Origin: Capsulimonadaceae bacterium
GTDB taxonomy: Bacteria > Armatimonadota > Armatimonadia > Armatimonadales > Capsulimonadaceae
Assembly: GCA_965277485.1 (NCBI GenBank)
Contig: CBDICZ010000009.1
Location: 1 to 19,600, forward strand
Reading direction: 5' to 3'
DNA length: 19,600 bases
This document shows, piece by piece, positions 15,735-19,600 of the stretch. Numbering within the stretch: the first letter of the stretch is position 1; each line of letters opens with the position of its first letter. The translations under genes were made by a program, and so were the position numbers. Under the pieces are notes generated by a model. The model was not told the DNA's origin. It saw nothing but the letters and a program-made list of their open reading frames with translations, and did not search any database.

Positions 15735-16277
15735 ATGCAGACGCCCGCTGACCGTTGGAGACGTTCATCGGTGACTGACTACCCCTATTTGTATCGCTTG
15801 TCCGACGCTGATGCCTACCTTGTTTGGCGCAGCGACGAGTCCGAAGATGGAAACGAACCCGACTGCGTTCTCCTGAATAGTCTGGGCCGCCTGCTCACGT
15901 TCCGGTCTCCGGCCGATCTTGGTGTGTACGCCAAACGTTGCGGCCTGACAATCAGCCCGAATGTCAACGAGAAGCCCCTTGATCTGGACGTTGTGCAAAG
16001 GTGGCTGGATTCGCCGCGAAAGACCACGGTGGACTGCGAGACGTTCCTGAACGCCTGGAACCTGTTTTCAGACCTCGCCTCCACCGTCCTGGGCGTTCGC
16101 TCTCATATTGACAATCAGAAAGAATGCCGCATCTACAACAAACTCTTCTGGGGCAACAATCTTCCCGCGCTGACACCGCCGGGGAAGCATTATGAGCCGA
16201 TCTGGACCAAGAGCGAGGTCGGCAGGATGCGGAACGTGTTAATCAAAGGGTTGAGTCTGTTCCGCGAAAGGCTCTGA
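15735..16277 (+). CDS. Hypothetical protein (ORFan) in a locally low-GC segment. An alternative GTG start is at 15771.
   Basis: This is a 180-aa ORF with no recognisable motifs. Local GC is about 55-57% against about 70% in the flanks. Codon use is richer in AAA, TTT, TAT and AAT. Confidence 0.5.
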   Translation: MQTPADRWRRSSVTDYPYLYRLSDADAYLVWRSDESEDGNEPDCVLLNSLGRLLTFRSPADLGVYAKRCGLTISPNVNEKPLDLDVVQRWLDSPRKTTVDCETFLNAWNLFSDLASTVLGVRSHIDNQKECRIYNKLFWGNNLPALTPPGKHYEPIWTKSEVGRMRNVLIKGLSLFRERL

Positions 16278-16344
16278 ACGCTTCCTGCGCCTGGGAACCC
16301 GTAACATGTCTGCATTGTTGCCGGGGTGAAAGGGAATTTGCACC

Positions 16345-17418
16345 ATGCCCCATCTTTTTGAACCGTACACGCTGCGCGGCGTCACATTACGAAATCGGAT
16401 CGGCGTCTCGCCGATGTGCGAGTATAGCTGCGAGGACGGCCTGCCGAATGACTGGCACTTCGTCCACCTCGGCTCGCGGGCCGTCGGCGGGGCCGGTCTG
16501 GTCATCACCGAGGCGGCGGCGGTGGAGGCGCGCGGGCGCATCACGGCGGCGGACGCCGGTATCTGGTCGGACGCGCACACGCAGGCGTGGATGCCGATTA
16601 CGCGCTTCATCACACAACAGGGCGCGGTTCCGGGCATCCAGTTGGCCCACGCGGGGCGCAAGGCCAGCACCGCCCGGCCCTGGGAGGGCGGCAAGGGCGT
16701 GAGTGACGCCGACGGCGGCTGGGAGCCGGTCGCGCCCAGCGCGCTGGCCTTCGAGCCGGCCTATCGCCTGCCGCATGAGCTGAGCGTGGGGGACATCGGG
16801 GACATCCAGGAGGCGTTTGTCGCCGCCGCGCGCCGTTCTTTGGAAGCGGGCTTCCGGTGGCTGGAGCTGCACGGGGCGCACGGGTATTTGATGCACCAGT
16901 TCCTGTCGCCGCTGTCCAACCGGCGCGAGGACGACTACGGCGGCTCCTTCGAGAACCGCATTCGGTTTGTCGTGGACACGGCCTGCGCTGTGCGGGCCGT
17001 CTGGCCCCAGGACCTGCCGCTGACCGTGCGGCTCTCCTGCACGGACTGGGTGGAGGGCGGCTGGACCCTGGAAGAGTCGGTGGAACTGTCCCGCCGCCTC
17101 AAGGCCGTGGGCGTGGATTTGATTGACTGCTCTTCGGGCGGCGCGGCCCCGGACGCCAAAATTCCCGTGGGCGCGGGCTACCAGGTGCCGTTCGCCGAGG
17201 CCATCCGGCACGGCGCGGACATCGCCACGGCGGCGGTCGGCATGATCACCGAGCCGATGCAGGCGGATGAGCTGGTCCGCAACGGGCGCACCGATTTGGT
17301 CCTGCTAGCCCGCGAGCTGCTCCGCGACCCGTACTGGCCGCTGCACGCCGCCCACGCCTTGCACCAGGACAAGGCCGCCCCCGTCCCCGACCAGTACGCC
17401 CGCGCCTTCCCCGGCTAG
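16345..17418 (+). CDS. namA: NADH:flavin oxidoreductase / NADH oxidase, Old Yellow Enzyme family (YqjM/NamA-like)
   Basis: Old-Yellow-Enzyme motifs are present: [72 protein letters not shown] Shine-Dalgarno lies 7 nt upstream. Confidence 0.9.
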   Translation: MPHLFEPYTLRGVTLRNRIGVSPMCEYSCEDGLPNDWHFVHLGSRAVGGAGLVITEAAAVEARGRITAADAGIWSDAHTQAWMPITRFITQQGAVPGIQLAHAGRKASTARPWEGGKGVSDADGGWEPVAPSALAFEPAYRLPHELSVGDIGDIQEAFVAAARRSLEAGFRWLELHGAHGYLMHQFLSPLSNRREDDYGGSFENRIRFVVDTACAVRAVWPQDLPLTVRLSCTDWVEGGWTLEESVELSRRLKAVGVDLIDCSSGGAAPDAKIPVGAGYQVPFAEAIRHGADIATAAVGMITEPMQADELVRNGRTDLVLLARELLRDPYWPLHAAHALHQDKAAPVPDQYARAFPG

Positions 17419-17426
17419 CCCGGCAC

Positions 17427-17455
17427 TTGACACGGGGACTGCGAACGTTTATAAT
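17427..17455 (+). promoter_or_regulatory. Perfect consensus sigma70 promoter TTGACA-17-TATAAT driving rph
   Basis: TTGACA at 17427-17432, an exact 17-nt spacer, and TATAAT at 17450-17455. An AGGAGA Shine-Dalgarno at 17474-17479 sits 9 nt before ATG 17489. Confidence 0.8.
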
Positions 17456-17488
17456 GGCCTCAGACAGACCCACCAGGAGAACGACCGT

Positions 17489-18208
17489 ATGCCCCGTGAC
17501 GATGGCCGCGCCCTGGACCAGACCCGCTCCACGACCCTGACACGCGGCTATGCCCGCCACGCCGAAGGCTCCTGCCTGATCCAAGTCGGCGACACCCACG
17601 TTCTCTGCACCGCCAGCGTGGAAGACAAGGTCCCGCCGTTCCTCAAGGGCAAGGGGACCGGATGGCTGACGGCGGAGTACGCCATGCTGCCCCGCGCCAC
17701 GCACACCCGCTCCCCCCGTGACACCGGCAAGCCCAACGGGCGGGCCATCGAGATTCAGCGTCTCATCGGTCGCTCCCTGCGCGCCGTCGTGGATTTGGAC
17801 GCGCTGGGCGAGCGGACCATCTCCATTGACTGCGACGTGATTTTGGCCGACGGCGGGACGCGCACCGCCGCCATCTCCGGCGCGTTCGTCGCGGTCGTCG
17901 AGGCCCTGGCCTGGATGCGCGGCAAGGGCCAGATCAAGACCCTGCCGTTCAGCGAGTGGGTCTCCGCCGTCTCCGTCGGCGTCGTCCACGGCGAAGAGAG
18001 GCTGGACCTGGCTTATGAAGAGGACTCGCAGGCGTCCGTGGATATGAATGTCGTGATGACCGACACGGGCCGCTTCATCGAGCTGCAAGGCACGGCGGAG
18101 AAGACGCCGTTCGACCGCGACCGCCTGAACCGGCTGCTGGACCTGGCCCAGATCGGCGTCCGCCAGATGTTCGCCAAACAGCGCGAGGCGCTGGCTGATC
18201 TGCTGTAG
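17489..18208 (+). CDS. rph: Ribonuclease PH
   Basis: RNase PH motifs are present ([41 protein letters not shown]...[12 protein letters not shown]...[13 protein letters not shown]...[22 protein letters not shown]). Length is 239 aa. Confidence 0.95.
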   Translation: MPRDDGRALDQTRSTTLTRGYARHAEGSCLIQVGDTHVLCTASVEDKVPPFLKGKGTGWLTAEYAMLPRATHTRSPRDTGKPNGRAIEIQRLIGRSLRAVVDLDALGERTISIDCDVILADGGTRTAAISGAFVAVVEALAWMRGKGQIKTLPFSEWVSAVSVGVVHGEERLDLAYEEDSQASVDMNVVMTDTGRFIELQGTAEKTPFDRDRLNRLLDLAQIGVRQMFAKQREALADLL

Positions 18209-18224
18209 GGGGCGGGATCGGCCC

Positions 18225-18370
18225 TCACCCAGATACCTCACCCCAGCCCTCTCCTTCGGAAAGGAGAGGGGGCAAGAGGGGCCGGAAAGGACCGGCAGGC
18301 GGCACTTCTTAACCCTCTCCTTTCCGAAGGAGAGGGTGGACCGGCTTGCCGGGCCGGGTGAGGTATCCTC
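18225..18370. repeat. Nested palindromic structured element. A 12-bp outer inverted repeat flanks two 24-nt hairpins that are exact reverse complements of each other, with further internal hairpins.
   Basis: Outer inverted repeat: GATACCTCACCC (18233-18244) pairs with GGGTGAGGTATC (18358-18369). HP1 is CCCTCTCCTT cgga AAGGAGAGGG (18248-18271). HP2 is CCCTCTCCTT tccg AAGGAGAGGG (18314-18337). The centre holds GCCGGaaaggaCCGGC, and GGACCGGC occurs as a direct repeat at 18290 and 18339. Confidence 0.6.
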
Positions 18371-18391
18371 CCCCGTGAAACGAGAACACCG

Positions 18392-19600
18392 ATGCGACTC
18401 TTCGGCATGGGCGACAACGGCCCCTTCATGAATTCGGACCGGGGGATGACCAACCCGAACCCCGGCCTGCTCCAGAGCGCGCGCTATCAGATCGTCCCCG
18501 GCCCGCGCGGGCTGCCGATGGCGCAGGTGGGGCTGAACTTCCGGCGCGACCTGCCCGCCGTGTCCAACCCGGACATGACCCTGGCCGTGCTGCTGGACCG
18601 CAGCGGCTCCATGGGCGAGGCGTTCCGCGAGGGCCACGTCACCAACGTCGCTACGGCCATCTTCAACCATGTCGCTGCCGCCGGGGTGGGATATGATCTC
18701 GTCTTTTATGATGATCAGGTCGCCGACGCCGGACCCATGCGCAGCGCCTATGACGTGCAGGTGGCCGTGCAAAGCCACCCGCCGCGCGGGGCTACCATGG
18801 TGACGGCGGCCCTGCGGGCGACGATCCAGCGTTATCGCGCGCGCCGGGGGATGTACATCATCGTCATCACCGACGGCGAGTTCGGCGACAAGGTCCAGGT
18901 CCAGCAGCTGATTGTTCAGGAATTGCTGCCGCAGGTGACGCCGGAAAACCCGTATGCGTTCCGGCTGCACTTCGTCGGCGCGGGCGAGGGCGTGGACCAT
19001 GCGTTCCTGCGCCAGATCGAGGCGGCGGCGACTGGGCAGGGCGTCTCCATGGTCACGCAGCACCACCACGCGCACCTCAGCCACAGCCACGATTCTATTT
19101 TTGACACCCTGGACACGGCGTTCCTCGGCGTCGGCCTGAACGCCCGCTTCGGCGACCTGTCGCAACTTTCCGGCTGGACCGGCGGGGCGACCACCTCACC
19201 CATCACCCACACCACCGACGCGGCCACACGCCGGACCTGGGACGGGGCCGTGGGAGACCTCGGCTTCCTGCCCCGTCGCGCCCTGCTCGGCTGCGAGTAC
19301 GCGCCGACTCATCCCGACAATTTGCAAGTCGCCGTCCAGTTTCAGGGGACTGACCAGCGGCTGCACCAAGTCCTCGTGCCTGTCCCGCTGCCCAAGCAGG
19401 CCGTGACCACGCCTCCACCCACGCTCGCCCCGTCCAAAAAGCCCGCCTTCCACCTGCCCTGGATGCACAAGTCGCCCGAGGAAGAGGCCGCGCGCGCCGA
19501 ACAGGACCGGCAGCGGGCGGAGCTGGCCCAGAGGGCCGCGCAGAACCGGCAGACGGAACTCCAGCGGCAGGCCCAGGATATGCAGGCTTTGGCCCAGGGC
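18392..19600 (+). CDS. von Willebrand factor A (VWA) domain protein, 3'-truncated by the window end. Neither this ORF nor its stop appears in the supplied track.
   Basis: I translated it by hand: 403 codons, no stop before 19600. The MIDAS motif LAVLLDRSGSMGE (DxSxS) and the MYIIVITDGEF 'TDG' strand are present. A His-rich run QHHHAHLSHSHD and a C-terminal Gln/Arg/Ala coiled-coil segment (EEEAARAEQDRQRAELAQRAAQNRQTELQRQAQDMQALAQG) follow. An in-frame TGA at 18359-18361 makes ATG 18392 the first start. Confidence 0.75.
   Translation, partial: MRLFGMGDNGPFMNSDRGMTNPNPGLLQSARYQIVPGPRGLPMAQVGLNFRRDLPAVSNPDMTLAVLLDRSGSMGEAFREGHVTNVATAIFNHVAAAGVGYDLVFYDDQVADAGPMRSAYDVQVAVQSHPPRGATMVTAALRATIQRYRARRGMYIIVITDGEFGDKVQVQQLIVQELLPQVTPENPYAFRLHFVGAGEGVDHAFLRQIEAAATGQGVSMVTQHHHAHLSHSHDSIFDTLDTAFLGVGLNARFGDLSQLSGWTGGATTSPITHTTDAATRRTWDGAVGDLGFLPRRALLGCEYAPTHPDNLQVAVQFQGTDQRLHQVLVPVPLPKQAVTTPPPTLAPSKKPAFHLPWMHKSPEEEAARAEQDRQRAELAQRAAQNRQTELQRQAQDMQALAQG

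Noticed and set aside
17246-19165. A 639-aa minus-strand ORF spanning rph, the palindromic element and the VWA gene
   Set aside because: It crosses an intergenic palindrome and two confident plus-strand genes, and it is compositionally junk.
1-19600. tRNA, rRNA, CRISPR arrays, and transposase/integrase genes
   Set aside because: No T-loop-like GTTCGAATC/GTTCAAATC motifs were found, nor regularly spaced direct repeats. No ORF has transposase or integrase character.

Overview
This is a high-GC (roughly 68-70%) bacterial chromosomal segment. It is gene-dense and mostly housekeeping, with no transposase, integrase, CRISPR array, tRNA or rRNA that I could see. The large antisense ORFs in the six-frame track are GC artefacts.

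Coding content I can support, in order:
- An NfeD-like membrane protein translationally coupled to a YqiK/FloT-type flotillin (SPFH) gene.
- A secreted PQQ-repeat beta-propeller protein with an odd Gly/Arg-rich linker.
- An aldose 1-epimerase, followed by a convergent bidirectional terminator.
- On the minus strand: a Ser/Thr-rich lipoprotein, thiamine pyrophosphokinase, and an 8-nt-overlapping prepilin-type H-X9-DG (DUF1559-like) protein. That family points to a Planctomycetota/Armatimonadota-like lineage.
- glmS, a secreted TPR-like protein coupled to a CPBP/Abi intramembrane protease with a long N-terminal extension, and tyrA.
- A molybdate module made of an unusual MerR-type HTH + TOBE regulator, modA and modB, with no modC. 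modB is coupled to two tandem small CbiX-type chelatase genes.
- A low-GC ORFan, an Old-Yellow-Enzyme flavin oxidoreductase, and rph driven by a perfect consensus sigma70 promoter.
- A 3'-truncated VWA-domain protein running off the window end.

The most unusual non-coding features are a ~160-nt nested palindromic element (a 12-bp outer inverted repeat enclosing two mutually reverse-complementary 24-nt hairpins) between rph and the VWA gene, twin identical-stem hairpins after glmS, and a long divergent intergenic region upstream of glmS with two perfect hairpins. I found no glmS ribozyme.
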